From the NCBI GenBank assembly GCA_965652295.1, contig CBFGTS010000001.1, forward strand, positions 576,001-640,000: a stretch of DNA of 64,000 nucleotides, read 5' to 3'. The notes beneath the pieces are model-generated. The model saw nothing but the letters and a program-made list of their open reading frames with translations, was not told where the DNA came from and made no database searches. The stretch comes from an uncultured Haloferula sp. GTDB lineage: Bacteria > Verrucomicrobiota > Verrucomicrobiia > Verrucomicrobiales > Akkermansiaceae. Within the stretch, counting starts at the first letter, position 1; each line of letters starts with the position of its first letter. Positions 1-9,548 of the stretch are shown here, one piece after another. Made by a program: the position numbers and the translations under genes.

Positions 1-1
1 A

Positions 2-1660
2 ATCCGGGAGCGGCTGATGTTTTTCATCCGCATCTGCCACGCCGTGCAGCACGCTCACCAGAAGGGGGTGATCCATCGCGACATCAAACCCTCCAACATC
101 CTGGTCTGGGAACACGACGGTGAGGCGGTGCCCAAGGTGATCGACTTCGGGATCGCGAAGGCGACGAACGCGGGATTGGACGGGCGGGCGACTTTTACCT
201 CCGACGGACAGTTCGTGGGCACCCCTGCCTACATGAGTCCGGAGCAGGCCGCGGGCACGGCGCTGGATATCGACACGCGGACGGACATCTACAGTCTTGG
301 AGCGCTGTTGTATGAGTTGCTCTCGGGACAGCCGCCCTTTGACCCGGTGGAGCTGCGCCAGCTGGGAGCGGAAGAGATCCGCTCGATCCTGGGTGAAAGG
401 GAGCCGGCGGCACCTTCGGTGGCGCTCGGGTTGCTTTCGGAGGACGTGCGGGCCGAGGTGGCCGCCCGGCGGGGCTGTGAAATTCAGAAACTCTCGGGTC
501 AGATCCGCGACGATCTTGACCGGATCGTGATGAAGGCGATGGCGAAGGACCGCCAGCACCGCTACTCGGGAGCGGATGCGCTGGCTGCGGACGTGCTGTG
601 CTTTCTCAATGACGAGCCGGTTTCCGCGCGTCCTCCGGGAGGCTTCTATCGTTTCGGGAAACTCGTCCGTCGGAACAGGGCGGCGTTTGCGGCGGGAGTG
701 GTGGTTTTCGCCTCGCTGGTGCTGGGTCTCGGCGCGGCGACGGCGATGTACTTCCGCGCGAACCGGGCGCGGGAGGCGGCGGAGCTGGCGCGGGCGAACG
801 AGGCCGCGCTACGGCAACAGGCGGAGATCGGGCAGAACATCGCCCGGGCGGCGGTGCTGGTGCGTTACCAGAAATTTGCGGAAGCGGACGAGTTGCTGTC
901 GGGCATCGGGCCCGCCGACATCGAGCCCTCCTTGGAAAGCGCCGAGGTCTCCCGGGCGCTGGGCCTGTGGCATGCCCGCGAGGGTCGGTGGAAGGAGGCG
1001 GCGAACCGGTTCGCGGCGCTGGCCTTTTCGATGGCGAGCGCGGACAGCACGGACAGCGAGAACATTTCCATCGATATCCAACCCGCGGCCTCGACCCTGT
1101 GTGCGGCTGGCGACTTGGAAGGATACGAAAAGCTCCGTCGGATGGCGGTGGCGCGGTTCGGTGGAAGCTCGAATCCGATCGTCGCCGAGCAGGTGGTGAA
1201 ACCCTGCCTGTTGGTGCCGGCGGAAACAGAGGTTCTGGAGGGCCTCGCCCACCTGGAGGAGGTGATGTTGACGCATCATGAGACTCACGCTCCGGCCACT
1301 GATTTCGAGCGGAACCTGGCGTCCTGGCGCGAGTTCGCGATCGCCCTGATCGAGTACCGGAAAGGGAATTTCGAGAGAGGCTACGAATGGATCGAACAGT
1401 GTACGTGTGGAACTCACGAGAATCCGGCACGTGCTGCGATCGCGTGGGCGCTGCGGTCGATGCTCCGCCACCGTCTGGGGCACCCGGATGTCGCCCGGCA
1501 GGATCTTGCTGCGGCGCGGTTCATCGTGGCCGAGGCAATGACGGAGGACGGTGGCATTTTCGCTCACAACGAACCTGCCTGGCAGGATTGGCTGAATGCG
1601 CAGGGCATGATCCGCGAGGCGGAAGCGCTGTTGAACAGCAGCGATAGGGATCCTCCGTGA
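2..1660 (+). CDS. Membrane Ser/Thr protein kinase (Hanks type), 5'-truncated by the window edge; kinase-TM-periplasmic TPR-like sensor (STK1)
   Basis: HRDIKPSN, DFG and GTPAYMSPEQ motifs, then a hydrophobic TM (AAGVVVFASLVLGLGAATAMYF); frame is open to the window start; paralogous to 10123..12318. Confidence 0.93.
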   Translation: MRERLMFFIRICHAVQHAHQKGVIHRDIKPSNILVWEHDGEAVPKVIDFGIAKATNAGLDGRATFTSDGQFVGTPAYMSPEQAAGTALDIDTRTDIYSLGALLYELLSGQPPFDPVELRQLGAEEIRSILGEREPAAPSVALGLLSEDVRAEVAARRGCEIQKLSGQIRDDLDRIVMKAMAKDRQHRYSGADALAADVLCFLNDEPVSARPPGGFYRFGKLVRRNRAAFAAGVVVFASLVLGLGAATAMYFRANRAREAAELARANEAALRQQAEIGQNIARAAVLVRYQKFAEADELLSGIGPADIEPSLESAEVSRALGLWHAREGRWKEAANRFAALAFSMASADSTDSENISIDIQPAASTLCAAGDLEGYEKLRRMAVARFGGSSNPIVAEQVVKPCLLVPAETEVLEGLAHLEEVMLTHHETHAPATDFERNLASWREFAIALIEYRKGNFERGYEWIEQCTCGTHENPARAAIAWALRSMLRHRLGHPDVARQDLAAARFIVAEAMTEDGGIFAHNEPAWQDWLNAQGMIREAEALLNSSDRDPP

Positions 1661-1667
1661 AATTTCC

Positions 1668-1700
1668 TGTCGGGTTTTTCCGTTCCATCGCACGTTCTTC
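1668..1700 (+). promoter_or_regulatory. Putative ECF-sigma promoter, module 1 (TGTCGGG-N18-CGTTCT)
   Basis: Same motif and spacing recur at 3572; lies between the STK1 stop and the GH27 start. Confidence 0.55.
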
Positions 1701-1751
1701 GAAGGTCGCGCGTGCGGCCGTCACCCTCATTCTCCATCATTTCATCGAGCT

Positions 1752-3530
1752 GTGAAGTTTCTCCGTTCTTTCTCCCTTTCGCTTCTTTTCATTCCTTCCC
1801 TCTCCCTCGCGCACGACAGCGCCTTTCACTCATGGGCCGAGCGTCCGCCGCTCGGATGGAACAGCTGGGACATTTTCGGCACGACCGTGACCGAGCGCCA
1901 GATCCGCGAGCAGGCGGGGGCGATGGCGGAGCATCTGCTGCCGTCCGGGTATGATGTCCTGACGGTGGACATCCAATGGTATGAGCCGAAGGCCAAAGGT
2001 CACGCTTACACGCCGGGCGCGACCCTGGAGATGGACGAATACGGGCGCCTGATGCCTGCGACCAACCGGTTCCCCTCCGCCTCGAAGGGCAAGGGCTTCA
2101 AGCCGCTCGCCGACTTCGTGCATTCGAAGGGACTGCGTTTCGGCATCCACATCATGCGCGGGATTCCCCGGCAAGCGGTGGAGGAAAACACTCCGGTGCT
2201 GGGAACCGACCTGCGGGCTCAGGATGTGGCATTGACCCATTCGACCTGTCCGTGGAATCCGGACATGTATGGCGTGGATGCCACGAAGCCGGAGGGGCAG
2301 GCTTACTACGATTCGATCTTCGCGCTCTACGCCTCGTGGGGCGTGGACTTCGTGAAGGTGGACGACATTTCACGTCCGTATGACGACGTCCAGAAGGCCG
2401 AGATCGAGGCGATCCGGAAAGCGATCGACAAGACCGGCCGCAAGATCGTGCTGAGTCTTTCGCCCGGCGCCACGCCGGTGAGCGCCGGACCCCACGTGAT
2501 GGAGCACGCCAACATGTGGCGGATCACCGATGATTTCTGGGATCGCTGGGGGCTGCTGCATGCGATGTTCGAGCGGGTGGATGCCTGGACGCCTTACCGC
2601 GGTCCGGGGCATTGGCCGGATGCCGACATGCTGCCCATCGGAGTGGTGGACTTCGGCCGGCCCACCCGGTTCACCAAGGACGAGCAATACACGTTGATGA
2701 GTCTGTGGAGCATCGCCCGTTCGCCGCTGATCTTTGGAGGTGACATGACGAAGCTCGATGATTTCACCAAGGAAATGCTGACCCACCCCGAGATGCTCGC
2801 GGTGAACCAGCGGAGCACCAACAACCGCCAGGTCTCGCGGGAGGACAATCTGATCGTCTGGACCGCGGATGTTCCCGACAGCGAGGACAAGTATGTGGCG
2901 CTCTTCAACGCACAGAGCAGGGGGGATCACGTGGATTTCGCCAATGCCGATTATGCCAGCCCGGTGATTGCGGGCGCCGGGCAGTCGCAGCGGGTCGAGG
3001 TTTCGGTCAAAGGTGGTAAGCGTCTTGTTCTTTTCGTCCGTGATGGCGGTGACGGGTTTGCGTTCGATCACGCGGCATGGGTGGACCCGGTGCTGCGGGG
3101 GCCGCGGGGCGAGATGAAGCTCACGGATCTGAAATGGAGCATGGCCAAGGCGGGGTGGGGTGAAACCCGTGTGGACCGGACCTGCGATGACAAGCCGCTG
3201 GAGATCGGCGGAAAGCGCGTCAACGGCATCGGCACCCACGCGGAATCGGTGGTGATCTATGATCTGCCGGAAGGATACGAGACGTTCACGGCCACCGGGG
3301 TGATGATGAAGGAAGGCTCGGTGGTCTTCGGCGTGCTCGTGGATCGGAGTGCGGAGGAGATTTCCGACACCAGTGAGGTGGCGGTGGAGTTCAAGGACAT
3401 CGGCCTCTCCGGCAAGGCGATGGTCCGCGACCTCTGGGCGCGGAAAAACCTCGGCACCTTCGACGGCCGGTTTTCACAGAAGCTGCCTCTGCACGGAGCG
3501 GGTCTTTACCGCCTGCGGCCGGTGGAGTGA
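1752..3530 (+). CDS. Secreted GH27 glycosidase (beta-L-arabinopyranosidase-like/alpha-galactosidase) with inserted NPCBM-type module
   Basis: Signal peptide; GWNSWD, VDIQWYEP, FVKVDD, WRITDDFWD and PDADMLP motifs; DGGDG..DHAAW and GIGTHA NPCBM motifs. Confidence 0.9.
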   Translation: MKFLRSFSLSLLFIPSLSLAHDSAFHSWAERPPLGWNSWDIFGTTVTERQIREQAGAMAEHLLPSGYDVLTVDIQWYEPKAKGHAYTPGATLEMDEYGRLMPATNRFPSASKGKGFKPLADFVHSKGLRFGIHIMRGIPRQAVEENTPVLGTDLRAQDVALTHSTCPWNPDMYGVDATKPEGQAYYDSIFALYASWGVDFVKVDDISRPYDDVQKAEIEAIRKAIDKTGRKIVLSLSPGATPVSAGPHVMEHANMWRITDDFWDRWGLLHAMFERVDAWTPYRGPGHWPDADMLPIGVVDFGRPTRFTKDEQYTLMSLWSIARSPLIFGGDMTKLDDFTKEMLTHPEMLAVNQRSTNNRQVSREDNLIVWTADVPDSEDKYVALFNAQSRGDHVDFANADYASPVIAGAGQSQRVEVSVKGGKRLVLFVRDGGDGFAFDHAAWVDPVLRGPRGEMKLTDLKWSMAKAGWGETRVDRTCDDKPLEIGGKRVNGIGTHAESVVIYDLPEGYETFTATGVMMKEGSVVFGVLVDRSAEEISDTSEVAVEFKDIGLSGKAMVRDLWARKNLGTFDGRFSQKLPLHGAGLYRLRPVE

Positions 3531-3562
3531 TCCCGATGGCGATCGGAGGGCCGCTTTTTTTT
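3515..3562 (+). terminator. Putative intrinsic terminator
   Basis: GCGGCC...GGCCGC outer stem with inner CCGAT/ATCGG, followed by T8. Confidence 0.5.
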
Positions 3563-3571
3563 CAGGAGCCG

Positions 3572-3602
3572 TGTCGGGTTTTGAACCGGCGCTGCACGTC
3601 TT
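3572..3602 (+). promoter_or_regulatory. Putative ECF-sigma promoter, module 1 (TGTCGGG-N18-CGTCTT)
   Basis: TGTCGGGTTTT...GCACGT matches the element at 1668, with the same spacing. Confidence 0.55.
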
Positions 3603-3680
3603 CCACGTGAGACCGCTTTGGTGACCCGGACCCCCGCTTCGGGGGAACTCCGCCAAAGCGGGAAACCCGTGGAACCCTAA

Positions 3681-6113
3681 GTGAAGTCTTTCTGCTGTCG
3701 ATCTGCCGCCTCTCTTCTTCTTTCCCTGTCCTGCCTCGCCGGAGCCGAGCCCGTTTTTCACGACTGGGCCGAGCGCCCGGTGATGGGCTGGAACAGCTGG
3801 GATTTCTACGGCACGACTCTCAATGAGGAACGGACGAAGGCCCAGGCCGACTACATGGCCGAAGAGCTTCTGGAGCACGGATGGAACCTCATCACGGTGG
3901 ACATCCAGTGGTATGAGCCGAACGCGAGCGGCTTCAACTACGACGCCGATGCCACGCTGGTGATGGACGAATGGGGCCGGCTCACGCCAGCCACCAACCG
4001 CTTTCCCTCGGCGTCCGGTGGAGCGGGATTCAAGCCGCTGGCCGACTATGTCCACGCCAAGGGCCTCCGGTTCGGCATCCACATGATGCGCGGCATCCCG
4101 CGTCAGGCGTGGGAGCAGGACCTGCCGGTGAAAGGCACCGCCTACACCGCCCGCGACATCGCCGATACCTCCAGCACCTGTTCCTGGAATCCGGACATGT
4201 ACGGGGTGAACATGAACCACCCGGGCGGGCAGGCCTACTATGATTCCCTGCTGGAGCTGGTCGCGTCGTGGGACGTGGACTTCGTCAAAATCGACGACCT
4301 GAGCCGCCCTTACCATCTCGCGGAGATCGAGGGCATCCGTGAGGCGATCGACAAGACCGGCCGGCCGATCGTGCTCAGCACGTCTCCCGGCGAGACCCCC
4401 GTGAGCGCCGGCCCGCACGTGATGCTCCATGCCAACCAATGGCGGATCAGCGACGACTTCTGGGACAACTGGCCGGCCCTCTACGACCAGTTCCAGCGCC
4501 TCCACGACTGGACGCCCTACCGCGGCCGCGGGCATTTCCCGGACGCCGACATGCTTCCGCTGGGCAAGATCCAGGGAGGCAGCGTGACCTCGGGTGGACG
4601 TAGTACCAACTTCACGGCCAGCGAGCAGTACACCCTGATGAGTTTGTGGGCCATCGCCCGCTCGCCGCTCATCCACGGCGGAGACATGACGCAGATGGAT
4701 TCGTTCACGCTCTCGCTGCTGACGAACGACGAGGTCATCGCGGTCAACCAGGCCAGCACGCACAACCGCCAGCTCTTCCGCAACGGCGACAAGGTGGCGT
4801 GGGTCGCCGACGTTGAGGGTTCGGCGGACAAATACCTCGGCGTCTTCAACACGGGCGGCTCCGGCACGACCGTCGCGGTGGACCTCTCCGCGCTCGGTTT
4901 CACCGGCGAGGTGGAGGTCCGGTCTCTGTGGGAAACGAGCGATCTCGGCAGCGTGACCGGCAGCTTCGAGCCCACGGTGGCGTCGCATGAGGGTCGCTTG
5001 TTCCGCCTTTCCGGGCCCGGACTGCCCACGCCGTGGCTGGCTTCCGCCACCGGGTCGGATGGGGAAGTCACTCTTGCCTGGGAGGAACTTGCGGAAGCGT
5101 CGGCATACCATCTCAAGCGCGGCCTCTCGGAAACCGGGCCCTTCGAGCTGATCGCCGCAGATCTCACGGAAACGACCTTCGCTGATACCTCGGTGACCAA
5201 CGGCACGACCTATTATTACGCCGTCTCCGCCACCGTCTCGGGTCAGGAGACACCGGACTCCGGAGCCCTGCCGGCTCTGCCCGTCGGTGAGGCGGGCATC
5301 ATCGGCTGGAACTACGACCGCTATGGTACCTTGGGCGGAGACCGGGTGGCCGGCGTGGTGCCGGCCGCGAACTGGAACAACTCGTGGCCGGACAATCCGC
5401 TCACCAACCTGAGCGATGCCTCCGGCACCGTGACCTCACTGGATATCAGCTACGCTTCCTTCAACGATTACTCGGTGAACGGCGGCGGAGGTCCGAACCC
5501 CGGTCAGGATGCGGACGGAAGCTACAACCGCGAGTTGCTCAATGGCTACCTCAACGCCGGGCCTGCGGCGTGGGGGCCGACGGTCACCCGCACCTCCGTG
5601 ACGCTCTCGGAAATCCCCCACGGTTATTACGACCTCATTGTCTATTTTTCCGCCGATGTGGCAGATCGCGAGGGTCAGGTGGGCGATGGCACCACCACCT
5701 ACTATTTCCGGACCATCGGTCCCCCGAGTGTTTCCGGGACCGACGCCGTTCTGGTGGAAACGACGCAGACCAGCCCCGACAGCTACCCGGCCGCGAACTA
5801 CGCCATCTTCACCAACCTCAGCGGAGTCTCACGGACGGTCTCCGTGCAGATGCGCGACAATGACGAGTGGGGCGGGATCGCCGGCATCCAGCTCGTGCCG
5901 AAGACCGATCCGCTGCTCAGCACCCGCCTTGAGATCGATGCTGTAGGCGGGGATCCCGCTTGGCTGTCGTGGCCCGAAGGGCTGGGCGACGTCCTGTTGG
6001 AGGAAAGCACCGATCTCGTCGAGTGGACCCCTTTCGACCCCCAGCCCGAGGCACCGCCGATGGAGATCCCCACTGATGGCGGTGCCCGGTTTTTCCGACT
6101 CACCCGCCCCTGA
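3681..6113 (+). CDS. Secreted GH27 glycosidase + FN3 + domain X + C-terminal putative sorting domain
   Basis: GH27 motifs as in the upstream paralog; FN3-like (VTLAW...YYYAVSA); domain X (WNYDRYG...MRDNDEWGGIAG); ends ESTDLVEW...ARFFRLTRP. Confidence 0.9.
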   Translation: MKSFCCRSAASLLLSLSCLAGAEPVFHDWAERPVMGWNSWDFYGTTLNEERTKAQADYMAEELLEHGWNLITVDIQWYEPNASGFNYDADATLVMDEWGRLTPATNRFPSASGGAGFKPLADYVHAKGLRFGIHMMRGIPRQAWEQDLPVKGTAYTARDIADTSSTCSWNPDMYGVNMNHPGGQAYYDSLLELVASWDVDFVKIDDLSRPYHLAEIEGIREAIDKTGRPIVLSTSPGETPVSAGPHVMLHANQWRISDDFWDNWPALYDQFQRLHDWTPYRGRGHFPDADMLPLGKIQGGSVTSGGRSTNFTASEQYTLMSLWAIARSPLIHGGDMTQMDSFTLSLLTNDEVIAVNQASTHNRQLFRNGDKVAWVADVEGSADKYLGVFNTGGSGTTVAVDLSALGFTGEVEVRSLWETSDLGSVTGSFEPTVASHEGRLFRLSGPGLPTPWLASATGSDGEVTLAWEELAEASAYHLKRGLSETGPFELIAADLTETTFADTSVTNGTTYYYAVSATVSGQETPDSGALPALPVGEAGIIGWNYDRYGTLGGDRVAGVVPAANWNNSWPDNPLTNLSDASGTVTSLDISYASFNDYSVNGGGGPNPGQDADGSYNRELLNGYLNAGPAAWGPTVTRTSVTLSEIPHGYYDLIVYFSADVADREGQVGDGTTTYYFRTIGPPSVSGTDAVLVETTQTSPDSYPAANYAIFTNLSGVSRTVSVQMRDNDEWGGIAGIQLVPKTDPLLSTRLEIDAVGGDPAWLSWPEGLGDVLLEESTDLVEWTPFDPQPEAPPMEIPTDGGARFFRLTRP

Positions 6114-6143
6114 ACAAAGAAACACAACCAACCCCGACTACCC

Positions 6144-6887
6144 ATGAAACCCCCGATGAAAACCCTGCTTCCCTGCCTTGTGCTGGGAGCCGTGACCACC
6201 GCGTCCGCCGCCACCGTTAGCTGGAACTACGACCGTTTCGGTACCGTGAGCGGCGCCCGCGTCGCCGGCGTCGAGCCGGTGGCGAACTGGAACAATACGT
6301 GGCCCGACGACCCGCTTACCGACCTGATCGATGACTCGGGATCCGCCACCACGATCGACATCAGCTACAGCTCCTTCAACACCTACTCGGTGAACGGAAA
6401 CACCGGGCCCAACCCCGGGCAGGACGCCGATGGCACCTACAACCGGGAGTTGGTCAACGGCTACCTCAATGCCGGCCCGGCGGGCTGGAATCCACCCACC
6501 ACCGAAAGCTCGGTGGGCATCAGCCAGATCCCGTATGCCAGCTACAACATCATCGTCTATTTCTCCGCCGACGTGGCGGGTCGCGAGGGCGATGTGACCG
6601 ATGGGAGCACGGTCTTCTCGTTCAACACCGTGGGCCCCGCCAGCGTGAGCGGCAGCAATGCGGTGCTCGCCCAGACGACCGACACCGGCGGCACCTACAC
6701 CACCGCGGCGAACTACGCCATTTTCACGGGCCTCAGCGGAGCCTCGCAGACGCTCACCGTGCAAATGCGCGATAACGACGAATGGGGTGGCATCGCCGGC
6801 TTTCAGGTCGTGCAGGTGCCCGAGCCGTCCTCCATCGCATTCGGAGTCTTCGGTGTCGCGCTCCTCCTGCGCCGTCGCCGCATCTGA
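6144..6887 (+). CDS. PEP-CTERM surface protein consisting of domain X (alternative start 6156)
   Basis: Signal peptide, domain X, C-terminal VPEPSSIAFGVFGVALLLRRRRI. Confidence 0.92.
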   Translation: MKPPMKTLLPCLVLGAVTTASAATVSWNYDRFGTVSGARVAGVEPVANWNNTWPDDPLTDLIDDSGSATTIDISYSSFNTYSVNGNTGPNPGQDADGTYNRELVNGYLNAGPAGWNPPTTESSVGISQIPYASYNIIVYFSADVAGREGDVTDGSTVFSFNTVGPASVSGSNAVLAQTTDTGGTYTTAANYAIFTGLSGASQTLTVQMRDNDEWGGIAGFQVVQVPEPSSIAFGVFGVALLLRRRRI

Positions 6888-6899
6888 TGCGCCATTCCT

Positions 6900-6941
6900 G
6901 ATCCGCGGTGCCCGGCTTGAGGCACCGCGGATCTTCCTTTT
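6900..6941 (+). terminator. Stem-loop/terminator after the PEP-CTERM gene
   Basis: Perfect 13-bp stem GATCCGCGGTGCC/GGCACCGCGGATC followed by TTCCTTTT. Confidence 0.7.
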
Positions 6942-6965
6942 CAAAACCCATCCTGCCTTTTCCTC

Positions 6966-9356
6966 ATGAAAACCCTGCCTTCTCTCTGCCTCGGTGCGCT
7001 TCTGTTGGCGGAGGCCCACGCCGATGTGATCAGCTGGAACTACGACCGTTATGGTACGGTGTCCGCGGAGCGTGTCGCCGGAATCGAGCCGGTGGCGAAC
7101 TGGAACAACTCGTGGCCCTCCGATCCGCGCACCGACCTGATCGATGACGAAGGAAATCCCACCACCCTCGATATCGCCTACACCTCGTTCAACAACTACT
7201 CGGTGAACGGGAACACCGGACCGAATCCCGGTCAGGATGCCGACGGCACCTACAACCGTGAGCTGCTCAACGGCTATCTTAACGCCGGACCTGCGGCCTG
7301 GAATCCGCCCACCACCAGCACGTCCGTCACCCTTTCCCAGATCCCCTATGCAAACTACGATGTCATCGTCTATTTCTCGGCCGATGTGGCGGGCCGCGAA
7401 GGCGATGTGACCGATGGTGTCACCACCTATTCATTCAACACCATCGGGCTCCCGAGTGTCAGCGGAACGAACGCGGTGTTGACGCCTACCACGGACACCG
7501 AGGGCACCTATACCACCGCGGCGAACTACGCCCGCTTCTCCGGTTTGAGCGGTGCCACCCAGACGATCACCGTGCAGATGCGCGACAACGACGAGTGGGG
7601 AGGCATCGCCGGCTTTCAGATCGTCGCGAACCTGGGCGTCCTGCCGGAATTCGGCTCCCAGCCGGAAGACACCTCGGCTGCGGTGGATGGCACGGCGGAG
7701 TTCTCCGCAGGGGTCGCGGCCGATCCGGCTCCGACGTTCCAGTGGGAGTTTTCCGCCGACGGGGTGAATGACTGGGAGGAACTTCCGGGGGAAACCTTCA
7801 CCACGCTCGAACTGTTCGCCGTGCAATTCTCCGATGAAGGTTTCTATCGCCTCATCGCCACCAATGACAACGGCTCCGTGGCGAGCGATCCGGCTCATCT
7901 GGATGTCTTCTACGCCACCCCGGAATTCTTCGAACAACCTGCCAACACCTACGCGGTGGAGGGCTCGACCGTGGAGCTGACGGCGGACGCCTTCACCTAT
8001 GGAAACCCCGGCTACCAATGGTACAAGGACGGCGAGATCCTGCCGGGCGAAACCAGCGCGACGCTCACGCTCGTCGGTGTGGGGGCGGACGACGAGGGCG
8101 AGTATTTCCTGCGGGTCACCGACGACGTTGAACCGGATTTGTTCGGTGACTCGGACACCGTCAATGTCTTCACCTATCAAGCGTGGGACGGGCTGGTCAG
8201 CCATGACCCCTTCGATACCTCAGCCGGATATGTCCTCGGCGAGCTGCCGCTTCAGGAGCCCGCCATCGCCGGCTACGACGGGCCGTGGACGGATGTGGAC
8301 TTCGGCGATGCCGAGCCGCAAGTGATGGAAAGCTCCTTGGTTTACCCCGATCCTCTCTATCTCGGCTCCAGCGGCGATCGCGTCGGAAAATCCGCCGATG
8401 TCGAAGGGATCGCCGTTTCCACCAGCGGGCGTGTTTATCGCAAGCTCGCCCCGGAGCTGGTGGTGGCGGAGAATACCTCGGGAGTTCGTTACCTGAGCTG
8501 GCTTTATCGCCATGGAAACGAGGGAACTGCGGATGCGCCGACCGTGCACTCCGTGCTCTCGCTCTATCAGGATACCGGCGGGGTTGCTCCTGCGGGCGAT
8601 GCCGCGCTGCGCACGTTCGAGGCCGGTATTTCCGACGCGGACTTTGGCACCACGAACTTCGCCTTCCGCTACAACGATTCGCAGGTCGGTGATCTCGGTG
8701 TGCCGGTGGATTCGGACGTCCACCTCTTCGTGGTAAAACTTGATCTCAGTGATGAATTCGCGGCCGACACGGTCACGGTGTGGCTCGATCCCCAGCTTGG
8801 TGGCGAAGGCGATCCGGCGGGGGGCGTCTCGCTGGAGTTCCTGGACGTTGCCTTTGATTCACTCGCGTTCTCCGACTATGCCAGCAACTCGATGGCATGG
8901 GATGAGGTGCGCTGGGGCAGCACCTTCGACAGCGTCACGCTCAACCCGAATCCACCGGACAACTTCGCCGCCTGGATCCAGTCCTATCCCGGAGTGGGTG
9001 AGATGGATGGTTTCGACGAAGACCCGGATGGCGACGGGCTGGAGAACGGCGTGGAGAACTACTTCGGAACCCACCCCGGTGAGCCGAACGCGGGTGTGAC
9101 CGAAGTCGCGAGAAGCGGTAACACCGTGACCTTCCAGCATCCTCTCAATGCCATTCCAGCGAGCGATGTGACCGCTGCCTACGAGTGGTCGCTCGATCTC
9201 GCGGCATGGCATGCCGATGGCGCTGCGGCCGGCGGCGCGACGGTGGATTTCGAGGTCGTTCAGGGGAGTGGGATCGCGACGGTGACGGCGACGATTTCCG
9301 GCACCGTCCCCTCGAAGCTGTTCACCCGGGTGGCGGTCGCTCAGGCCGGACCCTGA
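6966..9356 (+). CDS. Secreted non-catalytic protein: domain X + two Ig-like domains + beta-rich domain + DxDGDG repeat + C-terminal putative sorting domain
   Basis: N-terminus nearly identical to the 6144 protein; Ig motifs (PTFQW..., YQWYKDG...DEGEY); ends WSLDLAAW...KLFTRVAV. Confidence 0.85.
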   Translation: MKTLPSLCLGALLLAEAHADVISWNYDRYGTVSAERVAGIEPVANWNNSWPSDPRTDLIDDEGNPTTLDIAYTSFNNYSVNGNTGPNPGQDADGTYNRELLNGYLNAGPAAWNPPTTSTSVTLSQIPYANYDVIVYFSADVAGREGDVTDGVTTYSFNTIGLPSVSGTNAVLTPTTDTEGTYTTAANYARFSGLSGATQTITVQMRDNDEWGGIAGFQIVANLGVLPEFGSQPEDTSAAVDGTAEFSAGVAADPAPTFQWEFSADGVNDWEELPGETFTTLELFAVQFSDEGFYRLIATNDNGSVASDPAHLDVFYATPEFFEQPANTYAVEGSTVELTADAFTYGNPGYQWYKDGEILPGETSATLTLVGVGADDEGEYFLRVTDDVEPDLFGDSDTVNVFTYQAWDGLVSHDPFDTSAGYVLGELPLQEPAIAGYDGPWTDVDFGDAEPQVMESSLVYPDPLYLGSSGDRVGKSADVEGIAVSTSGRVYRKLAPELVVAENTSGVRYLSWLYRHGNEGTADAPTVHSVLSLYQDTGGVAPAGDAALRTFEAGISDADFGTTNFAFRYNDSQVGDLGVPVDSDVHLFVVKLDLSDEFAADTVTVWLDPQLGGEGDPAGGVSLEFLDVAFDSLAFSDYASNSMAWDEVRWGSTFDSVTLNPNPPDNFAAWIQSYPGVGEMDGFDEDPDGDGLENGVENYFGTHPGEPNAGVTEVARSGNTVTFQHPLNAIPASDVTAAYEWSLDLAAWHADGAAAGGATVDFEVVQGSGIATVTATISGTVPSKLFTRVAVAQAGP

Positions 9357-9373
9357 GGGTTGCCTCCCAGGTC

Positions 9374-9415
9374 GTTTTCCCCACGAGGTTCAGGGTTTGT
9401 CCTCGTGGGGGAAAC
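9374..9415 (+). terminator. Stem-loop closing module 1
   Basis: GTTTTCCCCACGAGG / CCTCGTGGGGGAAAC inverted repeat. Confidence 0.6.
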
Positions 9416-9453
9416 AACGGCCGGAATGAAGCTGTTCTTCCGCCAGCGGGAGA

Positions 9454-9482
9454 TGTCGGCTTTCCGGGCGGGATCTCGTTGA
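9454..9482 (+). promoter_or_regulatory. Putative autoregulatory ECF promoter, module 2 (TGTCGGC-N16-CGTT)
   Basis: TGTCGGCTTTCCGGGCGGGATCTCGTT aligns with TGTCGGGATTTCCGGCGGCTTCTCGTT at 12364. Confidence 0.5.
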
Positions 9483-9548
9483 TGATGCAACCGGGTCGGT
9501 GGTCGCGACCACTCTCCCATCGACAGGCTTCATCTTCGATCCTAGGCT

